Positions 47,658 to 56,907 of a stretch of DNA of 64,000 nt are shown here, in pieces. The notes beneath the pieces are model-generated. The model had not been told where the DNA came from, did not search any database, and worked only from the letters and a program-made list of their open reading frames with translations. The first letter of the stretch is position 1, and the number at the start of each line of letters is the position of its first letter. The stretch covers positions 6,237 to 70,236 of the forward strand of contig CAZOWM010000013.1 in NCBI GenBank assembly GCA_964583615.1, given 5' to 3'. The stretch comes from an uncultured Spirochaetota bacterium. GTDB taxonomy: Bacteria > Spirochaetota > B62-G9 > DRHN01. The position numbers were made by a program, and so were the translations under genes.

Positions 47658-48693
47658 ATTCAGATGAAAAATAAATTACCCTGTTTTCCCGTGCCGACTG
47701 TTCCGCTTTTTTCATCGCTACTACGACCGCTTTTGATTCTGCGGGAGTTATGACGGTCGGTTTTTCCCCTGACGCAATGCACTTGAGGAAATAATCGAAC
47801 TCTTCCTTCAGAAATCCCCTTCTCATGTTGTGCACCTTTGGCCAGTACGTCGACTGCGGGTAACTCAATCCCTCTTTTTTGAGGACCGAAAAATTCATCC
47901 CGGAGTTGTCAATATAGATGCACCCCTCGGTTCCCACGATTTCCATACGGGCGTCGATTGCGAAGGGATCATTGTTCGGAAGGCACCACACATCCTCAAC
48001 GACCGCAATCAATCCGTCTTCGAATCGAAACATTGCCCAGCCGAGATCGTCGTATGGAAGCTCGGGCCGGGTATTTGTGGTCTGGGCATACACGCTTACA
48101 GGCTTCGAGCCCGAATACCAGAACATGAGATCGAGATCATGGATCCCGTCACCGAAAAGCGCACTTATCTTGTGAAGATGGCTTTCCGTCACCCATTTTG
48201 CAAGATTCCTCCGGGCGTGGATAGTGAGCAGCTTGCCGAGGTTCCCATCCGCTATTTCCTCCTTTGCGAGCGCATAGTTGCTATCAAACCTGCAGATATG
48301 GCCGACCATGAAGCATTTGTCGGTTTTGTTCGCTTCCGCGATGATCATGTCGCATTCTTCCCCACTGTTCGCCATGGGTTTTTCGAGAAACACATGTTTT
48401 CCCGCACGCAGCGCATCAACAGTGGGCTGAAGGTGGTCCTGCACGTGGGTGACCACGGTTACCATGTCTATATCTCTGTCAGCGAGAAGATCGTGATAGT
48501 CGGTGTAGGTTTTCTGAACCCCGTATTTTTCTGCAATTTCCTTGACCCTGTGATCCCTGCGGGTGCAGACGGCAAAAACCTCCGCAAGAGGCAGCGATTG
48601 AAGCGTATCAACATGATGCTCACCAAACCATCCAAGACCGATGACTCCACATCGAATTCTCTCCATCCTGTCCTCCTTTTCTGATTTGTTCAC
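47656..48693 (-). CDS. Gfo/Idh/MocA-family NAD(P)-dependent oxidoreductase
   Basis: N-terminal Rossmann (IRCGVIGLGWFG) and the family's C-terminal alpha/beta domain. Confidence 0.8.
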   Translation of the reverse strand: MNKSEKEDRMERIRCGVIGLGWFGEHHVDTLQSLPLAEVFAVCTRRDHRVKEIAEKYGVQKTYTDYHDLLADRDIDMVTVVTHVQDHLQPTVDALRAGKHVFLEKPMANSGEECDMIIAEANKTDKCFMVGHICRFDSNYALAKEEIADGNLGKLLTIHARRNLAKWVTESHLHKISALFGDGIHDLDLMFWYSGSKPVSVYAQTTNTRPELPYDDLGWAMFRFEDGLIAVVEDVWCLPNNDPFAIDARMEIVGTEGCIYIDNSGMNFSVLKKEGLSYPQSTYWPKVHNMRRGFLKEEFDYFLKCIASGEKPTVITPAESKAVVVAMKKAEQSARENRVIYFSSE

Positions 48694-48767
48694 AACTTTA
48701 CAAGCATTGTAACGGCTGCAACAAGATTGTCAAGCTTCGATAGGGTGTGGAGCGGTAGAATTAGCAG

Positions 48768-48795
48768 TTGACAAAACCGGTTGTCCGGATATAAT
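48768..48795 (+). promoter_or_regulatory. Sigma-70-like promoter (TTGACA-N16-TATAAT) for the ABC transporter operon, with upstream ACAA-N2/3-TTGT repeat elements
   Basis: TTGACA 48768..48773, TATAAT 48790..48795, AGGAG Shine-Dalgarno 6 nt before the ATG at 48827. Repeats caagcattgtaa (48701..48712) and caagattgtcaa (48722..48733). Palindromic aaccggtt/tccgga inside the spacer. Confidence 0.4.
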
Positions 48796-48826
48796 AATAC
48801 GAATAAATTTAAGAAAGGAGAAGTCG

Positions 48827-49993
48827 ATGGAAAAAGAAAATATTTTTAATAAAAAAATGACCAGAAGGGATTTTATTAAGAAATCAGCCCGAACCGGCAT
48901 TGGTGTCGGTGTCGGCATGGCCGCGCTGGGTACCGTGCTTGTGGGGTCTGGAGAGAAGCCGAAGGGCCTGGAAGAGCTTGACAAAGTAACATTCATCACT
49001 CCCAGAGGAACGCTCGAGGTCATGGATGATTACAATCTCTGGGTCCCGATCGAGCTCGGCTATTTCAACGAACTCGGTCTGGACGTGACAATGGAACCCG
49101 GTCCGCAGGACGCATTTGCCTGCACAAAATTCGTCGACCAGAACCAGGCAGATGTCGGGTACCCCTCTCCAGGAGTACTGACCGCGAGTGTTGATACGGG
49201 AATGCAGGTCATTCTGGCCTACGAAATGATGATCGGTTCTGTGTGGCATCTCGCGGTGCGGAAAGACAGCCCTTTGAAGAGCCCAAAAGAACTCGGCGGA
49301 AAGAAAATCTCGATCGGGTTCGCAGGATGGCAGGTAATCGTCGATCCGCTTCTCGTTGAGCTCGGAATCGACCCCAAGAGTGTAGAGTATGTTGTCGCAG
49401 GACAGCAGTGGGGCCAGGTCGTGACACAGAGGAAAGCCGATGCTGCGTTGGCCTGGCTTGCACTCGACGTGCAGTGGAACGCAGTAGGTCTCGACCTGCG
49501 GTACTTCAGAGGCTCAGATTTCTCGATCATGCCGTCGAACGGATACGCAGTACGAACTGCTGATCTCAAAGATCCTGCAAAACGCGACGTGCTCGTTCGA
49601 TTCATGAGGGGGTCGTGCATGGGCCTGCACTTCGGTCGCTTCAATCCGCAGGGAGCAGCGCAGATAGTGTACGACAGGTTCGCAGCGGTCAGAGAACAGA
49701 TGACTCCTGAAATCGCGCTCGAGTCTATGAGACAGCTCGCATATGCATACATGGAAGGAGAGAGAAGGGGTCGCGGCTACGGCGCGTTTGTCCCTTCGGG
49801 CTGGCAAAAGTATATTGACATCATCTACAAACTGGGACAGACGAAAAGGCACCTGAGCGTGGATGAATGCATCACTAACGAGCTCATCGCAGAAGCAAAC
49901 AACTTCGACAAAAAACGGGTGGAAAAAGACGCAAAGGTTTTTCATTTGAACGACACGTGGAAAGATGTAAAGGCACAGGGTCCGTTTTTTTGA
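48827..49993 (+). CDS. ABC transporter substrate-binding protein (NMT1/THI5-like, NitT/TauT family) with Tat signal
   Basis: Twin-arginine motif TRRDFIKK plus hydrophobic region. Periplasmic binding-protein fold of the NMT1/SsuA type. Confidence 0.75.
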   Translation: MEKENIFNKKMTRRDFIKKSARTGIGVGVGMAALGTVLVGSGEKPKGLEELDKVTFITPRGTLEVMDDYNLWVPIELGYFNELGLDVTMEPGPQDAFACTKFVDQNQADVGYPSPGVLTASVDTGMQVILAYEMMIGSVWHLAVRKDSPLKSPKELGGKKISIGFAGWQVIVDPLLVELGIDPKSVEYVVAGQQWGQVVTQRKADAALAWLALDVQWNAVGLDLRYFRGSDFSIMPSNGYAVRTADLKDPAKRDVLVRFMRGSCMGLHFGRFNPQGAAQIVYDRFAAVREQMTPEIALESMRQLAYAYMEGERRGRGYGAFVPSGWQKYIDIIYKLGQTKRHLSVDECITNELIAEANNFDKKRVEKDAKVFHLNDTWKDVKAQGPFF

Positions 49994-50167
49994 GAAGAAA
50001 CTGCAGAATGCAGGACCAGAATAAGGTAAAACGATCAATCAGGTCTGGTTTTCAATCATAAAAACGGATATATTTTACCTCAACAGGATGGCTCCATAGA
50101 TGAAAGAATGGGGCCATTCGCTTATTATATCAATAAAGTTGAGCCTTTTTCTGTACGGAGTGTACAA

Positions 50168-50983
50168 ATGGAATACTTTATCGATGTTCAGAGTGTCACA
50201 AAGATCTATGCAAGTGAACGGGGTCCGGTCCACGCGGTCGACAGATTCTCGATGCAGGTAGAAGAAGGAGACTTCGTTGCAATCGTGGGGCCGAGCGGGT
50301 GCGGGAAGACGACACTCCTGTGGGGACTCACTGGACTTCACCCCTTCAACTGGGGAAGGGCCTATATCCTTGGAAAAGAAGTCGACAAGCCGCGGAGAGA
50401 TGTGGGGATCATCTTTCAGCAGGCAAACCTCCTTCCATGGCGCACCCTCATGCAGAACATCTATTTTCCCCTGGAAATAATGAAGGAGAACCTCAAGGAT
50501 TACAGGGAACGCATCCGGGATCTGATTGAGAGTGTCGAACTGACAGGATTCGAGAACCACTACCCCCGCGAGCTCTCTGGTGGTATGCAGCAGCGCGCTT
50601 CAATTGTACGTGCACTTTCGTATGACCCGAAAGTCCTGCTCATGGATGAGCCGTTTGGCGCCCTCGACGCCTATACGAGGGATGAAATGGACACACTGTT
50701 ACTCGGAATATGGAAAAAAACAAGAAAAACGATTGCCTTCGTCACTCACAGGATCGAGGAGGCGGTATATCTTGCGAACAGGGTGTATGTTATGACCCCG
50801 AGGCCAGGTACAAACTCTGCTGTTTTCGACATAAACCTTCCCAGGCCTCGTCCTGAAGGAATCACCATGGAGAAGAAATACTTCGACATCGTCGCTAAAA
50901 TTAAGAAACGGATTGTGAAAGATGTAGAAAAACAGAAAGAGGAGGGGGTCTACCAAAGCCAGGCGTGGAGTACAGTAACGTAA
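50168..50983 (+). CDS. ABC transporter ATP-binding protein (NitT/TauT family)
   Basis: Walker A GPSGCGKTT, signature LSGGMQQR, Walker B LLMDEPFGALD. Start set at MEYFIDVQ. Confidence 0.85.
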   Translation: MEYFIDVQSVTKIYASERGPVHAVDRFSMQVEEGDFVAIVGPSGCGKTTLLWGLTGLHPFNWGRAYILGKEVDKPRRDVGIIFQQANLLPWRTLMQNIYFPLEIMKENLKDYRERIRDLIESVELTGFENHYPRELSGGMQQRASIVRALSYDPKVLLMDEPFGALDAYTRDEMDTLLLGIWKKTRKTIAFVTHRIEEAVYLANRVYVMTPRPGTNSAVFDINLPRPRPEGITMEKKYFDIVAKIKKRIVKDVEKQKEEGVYQSQAWSTVT

Positions 50984-51020
50984 ACCATGCCGCGAATTTA
51001 TCGATTCAGGAGAATACTCG

Positions 51021-51875
51021 ATGAATACCTACGAAAAACAGCTGGAAGACGCAATTCCGGATTTCGAGGAGCATGCAGCGGAGATGCACGGACAGTTTGA
51101 CATCTCCTCGACCGTCTCAACCGTAAGGATACACGGCTGGCAACAGGTAATCGGCATCCTTGCGGTTGCGATCATCATTCTGGGCGGATGGGAGCTTCTC
51201 ATAAAGATGTTCGATGTGCCCGAATTTGTGTTTCCCACACCGAGCGCTATATTCAAGGCGCTGGTAGAATCTTTTCCGAACAACTACCCGCATTTTCTCA
51301 TTACTCTGAGCGAGCTTGTAGCCGGCTATGTTGTGGGAGCAGCAATAGGACTCATTCTTGCAGCAGTGCTTACTCAGATACCGTATCTCGAAAAAATCAT
51401 CACTCCCTATATTCTGCTCCTGATTACCACTCCGACACTGGCGCTCGTTCCCCTGCTCATGCTTAAGCTCGGATTCAATATATGGCCGAGGATCATTGCT
51501 GTGTCCCTTGCATCAGGTCCAATGGTCATGATCAACTCGGTGACCGGATTCAGGCGTACTGACCTGGCGAAAATTGCGCTTGCAAAATCTTATGGAGCAT
51601 CCACTTTTCAGATTTTCAGGAGGATCCGGTTTCCCCTCGCTCTCCCCATGATTATTGTTGGACTTCTCGTCGGTGGAATTTTCGGCCTGATAACCGCAGT
51701 CGGCTCCGACATGGTGGGTGGAAAAATGGGGCTGGGAAACAAGCTTTCCTACTACTCCTCACTTGCACGTATGGCACACTTTTTTTCAATCATCATTATG
51801 ATATCCGCTATCGGCATATCCATCTGGATCATCTTTTCCCGAATTGGAAAAAAGTGGGCGAGCTGGCAGGAGTAG
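51021..51875 (+). CDS. ABC transporter permease (NitT/TauT family)
   Basis: Six TM helices with an EAA-like loop region. Positioned after the ATPase. Confidence 0.8.
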   Translation: MNTYEKQLEDAIPDFEEHAAEMHGQFDISSTVSTVRIHGWQQVIGILAVAIIILGGWELLIKMFDVPEFVFPTPSAIFKALVESFPNNYPHFLITLSELVAGYVVGAAIGLILAAVLTQIPYLEKIITPYILLLITTPTLALVPLLMLKLGFNIWPRIIAVSLASGPMVMINSVTGFRRTDLAKIALAKSYGASTFQIFRRIRFPLALPMIIVGLLVGGIFGLITAVGSDMVGGKMGLGNKLSYYSSLARMAHFFSIIIMISAIGISIWIIFSRIGKKWASWQE

Positions 51876-51938
51876 CACGTAAAGTGCGCACAGAGTACTC
51901 TTTGTGTTGATATTTCTTTCACTCAAGAAGGAGGCAGT

Positions 51939-52973
51939 ATGAAAACCTATAAAGTCGGTATCGTTGGATTTGGCTGGGTTGCGGGAGCGCACATGAATAC
52001 TTTCGTGGAATTGCCAAACTACGAACCTGTTGCGCTCATGTCACGAAGAACACTCGATCCCGCAGAGATTAAACAGCAGTACGGCGCTGATGTGAAAGTG
52101 TACAACGATTATGAAGAGTTTCTCAGTGACGAGAACATCGACATTGTCGACATATGTACGCCCCATCCGTTCCATCCCGAACAAACAATCAAGGCGGCAG
52201 AAGCCAAGAAGAACCTGATCATTGAAAAACCGATCGCACTGAATTTCGAAGATGCAGTGCGTATGCTCGACGCGGTGAAAAAAAACGGTGTGAAGACATC
52301 CGTATGTTTCGAGCTTCGGTTCATATCAGCCTCGATTGCGGCGAAATCGATTATTCAGAAAGGTCTCATCGGCGACATCTATTACGCAGAGGGAGACTAC
52401 TTTCACGGGATCGGGCCCTGGTACGGTCAGTTTGCATGGAACGTGAAAAAAGATTTCGGGGGAAGCTCGCTGCTCACCGCAGGATGCCATGCTCTCGATA
52501 CCATACTGTGGCTGATCGGCGAAGATGTCGAAGAAGTGTTTTCCTATTCCACGAAAAATCCCCACGAAGCGTACAGGCCGTACGAGTACGATACAACCAC
52601 TGTTACACTTCTCAGGTTCAAAAACAGCGGAATAGTCGGAAAAACCGCATCCGTCACGGACTGCATGCAGCCGTATGCATTCAACGTCAACATCGTGGGA
52701 TCTCACGGGACAATTAAAAACAACCTGTTTTACAGTAAAAAAATCGCGGGGCTGAACAGTTGGAGCACGCTCGATGTGCATCTGGCGGACAGCGGTGACG
52801 TCGGTGCGCACCCCTACAGGGATCAATTCGCCTATTTCGCAGAGTGTCTCGACAAGGGAGAGAATGCGCACAACGACCTGCTGAACGCCTTTGAAACTCA
52901 CCGGGTGATCTATGCGGCGGACAAATCTGCGGCAACCGGAAAACCCGTGCGCCTCAGTGAATTCACACGCTGA
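51939..52973 (+). CDS. Gfo/Idh/MocA-family NAD(P)-dependent oxidoreductase
   Basis: KVGIVGFGWVAGAH Rossmann motif, 344 aa. AAGGAGG Shine-Dalgarno upstream. Confidence 0.8.
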   Translation: MKTYKVGIVGFGWVAGAHMNTFVELPNYEPVALMSRRTLDPAEIKQQYGADVKVYNDYEEFLSDENIDIVDICTPHPFHPEQTIKAAEAKKNLIIEKPIALNFEDAVRMLDAVKKNGVKTSVCFELRFISASIAAKSIIQKGLIGDIYYAEGDYFHGIGPWYGQFAWNVKKDFGGSSLLTAGCHALDTILWLIGEDVEEVFSYSTKNPHEAYRPYEYDTTTVTLLRFKNSGIVGKTASVTDCMQPYAFNVNIVGSHGTIKNNLFYSKKIAGLNSWSTLDVHLADSGDVGAHPYRDQFAYFAECLDKGENAHNDLLNAFETHRVIYAADKSAATGKPVRLSEFTR

Positions 52974-52993
52974 AGCGCTGAAACCCAGATTCT

Positions 52994-53263
52994 TCATATA
53001 CTCTTTTTTTCCGCAGACATGTAACGGAAAAACGCGAGGAGAATAAGAATCTTTACAAAGGGATAGAGAAGGAAATCGAGCAGCGGGATGTTTCCCATGA
53101 GTGTTATGTTGAGGTCTGGAAAATAATATGCAATCAGTGCAATGGGGAAAAAGAGGAGAGAGGCTATCTGCACCCACAGGTTCGCCCGAAAGATGGAAAT
53201 GAAAAAAGTGAGTATCCCCATCACAAAGAGAATAAACGAAAGAATGAGATCAATGTATTGCAT
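52994..53263 (-). CDS. Small hydrophobic membrane protein (hypothetical)
   Basis: 89 aa with three predicted TM helices. No other support. Confidence 0.3.
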   Translation of the reverse strand: MQYIDLILSFILFVMGILTFFISIFRANLWVQIASLLFFPIALIAYYFPDLNITLMGNIPLLDFLLYPFVKILILLAFFRYMSAEKKSI

Positions 53264-53355
53264 TGCGTGTATTCATCCCGGCTGAACTGACAGAACTGTA
53301 AGAAGCATTGTACCCGTGTTGCGGTATTTTAGCAAACAAAATACGAAAGGAGCGA

Positions 53356-54591
53356 ATGATGACAAGGAGAGAACGTGTAATGGCTGCTCTCAATCACCAG
53401 GAAACCGACAGAGTGCCGATCGACTGCACCGGGCACAGGTCTTCTGCCATTGCAGCCGTCGCATACAACAGGCTCATCAAGCACCTGAGCCTCGGACCGA
53501 GAAAGATACGGGTGTATGATCCTGTCCAGCAGCTTGCAATCGCCGATGAAGATATTCTCGACCTCTTCAACGTGGACACCATCGAGCTCGGAAGGGGATT
53601 CGCGCTCTGCAACGATTCATGGGCAGACTGGGTGCTGCCTGACGGGAGCCCCTGCCAGATGCCTGTCTGGTGCTTGCCGGAACGCGACGAAAACCGCTGG
53701 ATCATCAGATCGGAAAAAACCGGGCGGATCATTGCACAGATGCCAGACGGTGCGCTCTACTTTGAACAGACATACTGGCCGTACGAAAAAGAGGAGGACC
53801 GGAACCTCGACGCGATGCCGGACAACTGGTCCGAATCCATGTGGGCGGCGATCCCCACTCCTCCGGGGCCTGAGATTGAAGGCCCTGAAGGTATGAAAAC
53901 GTTCGCAGAAGGCGCACAGAAACTCCGTGAAAGCACCGATCGGGCGATAATCGGGCTCTTCGGCGGGAATTTGTTCGAGTTCGGGCAGTTCATATACAGG
54001 AACGACATATTCTTCATGCTCCTTGCAAGCGAGCCGAAAAACGCCCATGCCTTTCTCGATAAGCTCGTTGAAATTCACCTGCAAAATCTGGAGAGCTATC
54101 TCACTGCTGTTGGTGAATACATCGATATAATCCTCTTCGGTGATGACCTCGGAATGCAGACAGGTCCCCTGATATCTCCGAACATGTACAGGGAGTTTTT
54201 CAAACCGCGTCAAAAGCTCCTGTGGAAAAGGGCAAAGGAGCTCGCCGATGTGAAAGTACAGCTGCACAGCTGCGGGGGCCTCCGTCCGTTCATCCCCGAC
54301 CTTATCGAGATCGGGCTCGACGCAGTAAACCCCGTGCAGATAAACTGTGCTGGTATGGATCTTTCCGAACTCAAGCGGGAGTTTGGAAAGGACATCACGT
54401 TCTGGGGAGGCGGCTGCGATACGGGGCACGTTCTGCCGGATGAGTCGCCCCACGCGGTCTCCGAGCATGTTCGGAAACAGGTGGAGATCGGAAGAAAGGG
54501 AGGCGGTTTTGTCTTTCAGCAGGTGCACAATATCATGGCAAATGTCCCTCCGGAAAATATCGTCGCAATGTTCGAGGCTGCTCAGGAGTAA
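53356..54591 (+). CDS. Uroporphyrinogen-decarboxylase (URO-D) family protein (MtaA/CmuA-like methyltransferase fold)
   Basis: N-terminal MTRRERVMAALNHQETDRVPID typical of URO-D/MtaA family members. About 410 aa TIM-barrel. Confidence 0.7.
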   Translation: MMTRRERVMAALNHQETDRVPIDCTGHRSSAIAAVAYNRLIKHLSLGPRKIRVYDPVQQLAIADEDILDLFNVDTIELGRGFALCNDSWADWVLPDGSPCQMPVWCLPERDENRWIIRSEKTGRIIAQMPDGALYFEQTYWPYEKEEDRNLDAMPDNWSESMWAAIPTPPGPEIEGPEGMKTFAEGAQKLRESTDRAIIGLFGGNLFEFGQFIYRNDIFFMLLASEPKNAHAFLDKLVEIHLQNLESYLTAVGEYIDIILFGDDLGMQTGPLISPNMYREFFKPRQKLLWKRAKELADVKVQLHSCGGLRPFIPDLIEIGLDAVNPVQINCAGMDLSELKREFGKDITFWGGGCDTGHVLPDESPHAVSEHVRKQVEIGRKGGGFVFQQVHNIMANVPPENIVAMFEAAQE

Positions 54592-54726
54592 GGACTGAAT
54601 TTTGCTTCATACACCGCTGGTAAAGGCTAATTTTTTGTTCCATTTTTCATGAAGGCAAACAGCACTATCGTATCTGAGCCTTGACTTCACCGACCTCTCG
54701 ATTTATCGTCTTTAGAGAGGCCTCGG

Positions 54727-55593
54727 ATGAAAAAAACGGTCATGTACGATGGAATACCTCTGACATTGGTTGGAAGAAACATAGAAGTAAATACCCGTGC
54801 CCCTGATTTTACTGTCGTCAACAATGACCTGGAGGAGACGGGGCTCGAACAGTACCCTGATAAAATCAAGGTTATCATTTTTTTCCCCTCACTTGACATG
54901 CCTGTGTGCGATATACAGATAAGAGAGTTCAACAGGCGTGGGTCGATTCAAGGTGACGGCATCGTATGCATAGGAATAAGCAAGGACCTCCCCTTTGCGC
55001 AAAAGAGATTTTGTGAAACATTCAAAATAAACAATGTCGAGCTCGTATCTGATTATAAATACACTTCTTTCGGAATCAATTACGGCGTGCTCATTAGGGA
55101 GTGGAACCTCCTTTCCCGTGGTGTCATAATAGCGGACAGAAAAAACACCATCCGATATATTCAGCTGGTAGGTGAAATAATCCACCAGCCGGATTATGAA
55201 GAAGCTGCACACGCTCTCGATGAGGTCGTGAAAAATCCCGAGCTGTCCATGCAGGATTCGATCCCGTACAAATGCACACCCTGTGAAGAAGGCGTTTCAC
55301 CGCTTCCACAGGATCTTGTGACAGATCTGCTGGCGAAATATCCCGGATGGGAGCTCGTAGACAGCAGAAAAATCGTGAAGCAGCTCCGTTTCAAGGACTT
55401 TGTTGAGGCAAAGTATTTTCTCGACCTCATCTCGAATGTCGCCCAGGAACAGGGACACCACCCATCATTCACGCTGAACTACAACAGGTTGAAAATCACT
55501 CTTACCACACATGCTGCAGGAGGCCTGACGGAAAACGACTTTATCATGGGCAGTATCATAAACGAAATCGAAAAAAAGACCTGCATGGGATAA
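54727..55593 (+). CDS. tpx: Fusion of thiol peroxidase (Tpx, atypical 2-Cys peroxiredoxin) with pterin-4a-carbinolamine dehydratase (PCD/DCoH)
   Basis: N-terminal half aligns to Tpx, including peroxidatic Cys (FPSLDMPVCD) and resolving Cys (DLPFAQKRFCE). C-terminal about 100 aa carries the PCD signature EQGHHPSFTLNYNRLKITLTTHAAGGLTENDF. Confidence 0.8.
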   Translation: MKKTVMYDGIPLTLVGRNIEVNTRAPDFTVVNNDLEETGLEQYPDKIKVIIFFPSLDMPVCDIQIREFNRRGSIQGDGIVCIGISKDLPFAQKRFCETFKINNVELVSDYKYTSFGINYGVLIREWNLLSRGVIIADRKNTIRYIQLVGEIIHQPDYEEAAHALDEVVKNPELSMQDSIPYKCTPCEEGVSPLPQDLVTDLLAKYPGWELVDSRKIVKQLRFKDFVEAKYFLDLISNVAQEQGHHPSFTLNYNRLKITLTTHAAGGLTENDFIMGSIINEIEKKTCMG

Positions 55594-55670
55594 CACAAAA
55601 AGAATATTTTCCCTAGTGTCTCACAGCGCAGTCTTACGGCACGGCACATGACGACTGCAAAATTTTCACG

Positions 55671-55895
55671 TCATCGTTCCTGGGTACAGCACTTTTTCCA
55701 CTCTTTTTTCCCATCTGCAAGTCCGCTCTCGTACCCCATGATGTATACGACTCTCTGCAGTGTACGGTAATGCTTCGGTGGACTCCTGTCTTTTACATAA
55801 TCCCAGAACCCGGCAAAGTGCCCCTGCCTGTAGCCTGTTTTGTACTCCCTGTTGAACATTTTTTCGAGATTTCTTTCATTCTTGTTTTTCTTCAT
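55671..55895 (-). CDS. Small hypothetical protein (74 aa)
   Basis: ATG preceded by GAGGGG Shine-Dalgarno (spacing 8). Sequence is protein-like (…YKTGYRQGHFAGFWDYV…YIMGYESGLADGKKEW…). No homology recognised. Confidence 0.25.
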   Translation of the reverse strand: MKKNKNERNLEKMFNREYKTGYRQGHFAGFWDYVKDRSPPKHYRTLQRVVYIMGYESGLADGKKEWKKCCTQER

Positions 55896-55948
55896 TTCTC
55901 CGACCCCTCTCTCTATTGAAACAATCATTACCTGATTATTCTTCCGCT

Positions 55949-56224
55949 ATGGGAGAAATTCCGCCTCCGGAATATTTTCCCAGGAACACACTCGTAGAAA
56001 TTTTTCGAGAGGTTGTGCGGGACGAATGGGCGGATGTTCTCCGTCACATGGTGATGTGGGCAAAGAATTGTACGGTAAGCCCCGATTGTGTAACGCAGCG
56101 GGTTGCAGCACGGTTCATCCAGCGGGATTACATGAGACACTCATCCATTGTGACCGGTATTGTGACACGGAAGACATATGAAGTAATGCCGGAAAAAAAT
56201 CAAAGAGGGAGGGATTTGGCCTAA
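55949..56224 (+). CDS. Small hypothetical protein (91 aa)
   Basis: Protein-like composition (…EIFREVVRDEWADVLRHMVMWAKN…). No Shine-Dalgarno and no recognisable family. Confidence 0.25.
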   Translation: MGEIPPPEYFPRNTLVEIFREVVRDEWADVLRHMVMWAKNCTVSPDCVTQRVAARFIQRDYMRHSSIVTGIVTRKTYEVMPEKNQRGRDLA

Positions 56225-56337
56225 CGTTCACAGATGCGTTGTGGAAAGCAGAACCGATGAGACTACATTCACCTTTTGTACAAAATACTCCGAGCAGCCC
56301 CAGCGCCGGACCGCAAAAGGCATCGCTTAGACAGAAG

Positions 56338-56904
56338 CTACCTGTCGATCAGGCAGTTTTCAAGATTGTATCGAACTGCAATGATATTGTAAAAAATATC
56401 ATCGACCATGGAGTATATTTCTCCGAAACCGTGTTCCTGGATCGCCTCTCCCTGAATTGAGTTTTTGTACATGATGAGCAGCTTTTTTATCTTTCCCAGT
56501 ATGGGGGTCGTGTATCCTGATCTGAAGTCTTTTATTCCGTATAGATCCTCCGGTACGATCTTTCCGGAAGCCGTAAGCTTGTTGCTTTTTTTTTCAATAG
56601 ATACCTTGAAACCGCGGTTTGACTCCACGGAGGCACGATCAGGCCCATGCACGCTTTCAAGCCGTACCCGAAGCATCACAAGATAAATGAAGAGATTGTC
56701 AAGAGACTCGAGAAGTTGTATCCGCTCCTGCCCGAGTATCTTTCCATCCCTGGTGATAAAGGAGTCATACTGTGCGCCGATTTTTGAAGCATAGCCGATC
56801 GTATTCCTGAACAAACCGGTCAGATCACGACGAAGGATTTCGGAATCAAAAAGAATTTCCACACGGAAATTCAACTCTCTGTCTATTTCACAAAAGAGCG
56901 GCAT
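56338..56904 (-). CDS. Hypothetical protein co-transcribed with the MscS channel gene
   Basis: 188 aa soluble protein. 3-nt gap from the upstream mscS-family gene. No family recognised. Confidence 0.4.
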   Translation of the reverse strand: MPLFCEIDRELNFRVEILFDSEILRRDLTGLFRNTIGYASKIGAQYDSFITRDGKILGQERIQLLESLDNLFIYLVMLRVRLESVHGPDRASVESNRGFKVSIEKKSNKLTASGKIVPEDLYGIKDFRSGYTTPILGKIKKLLIMYKNSIQGEAIQEHGFGEIYSMVDDIFYNIIAVRYNLENCLIDR

Positions 56905-56907
56905 TAA

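Noticed and set aside
53010-53030. Hairpin TTCCG-N11-CGGAA after the second Gfo/Idh/MocA gene, considered as a terminator
   Set aside because: It lies inside the small minus-strand ORF and lacks a downstream T-run on the relevant strand.
56239-56460. 73-aa plus-strand ORF next to the 188-aa minus-strand gene
   Set aside because: It overlaps the 3' end of the better-supported minus-strand gene. No Shine-Dalgarno and not protein-like.
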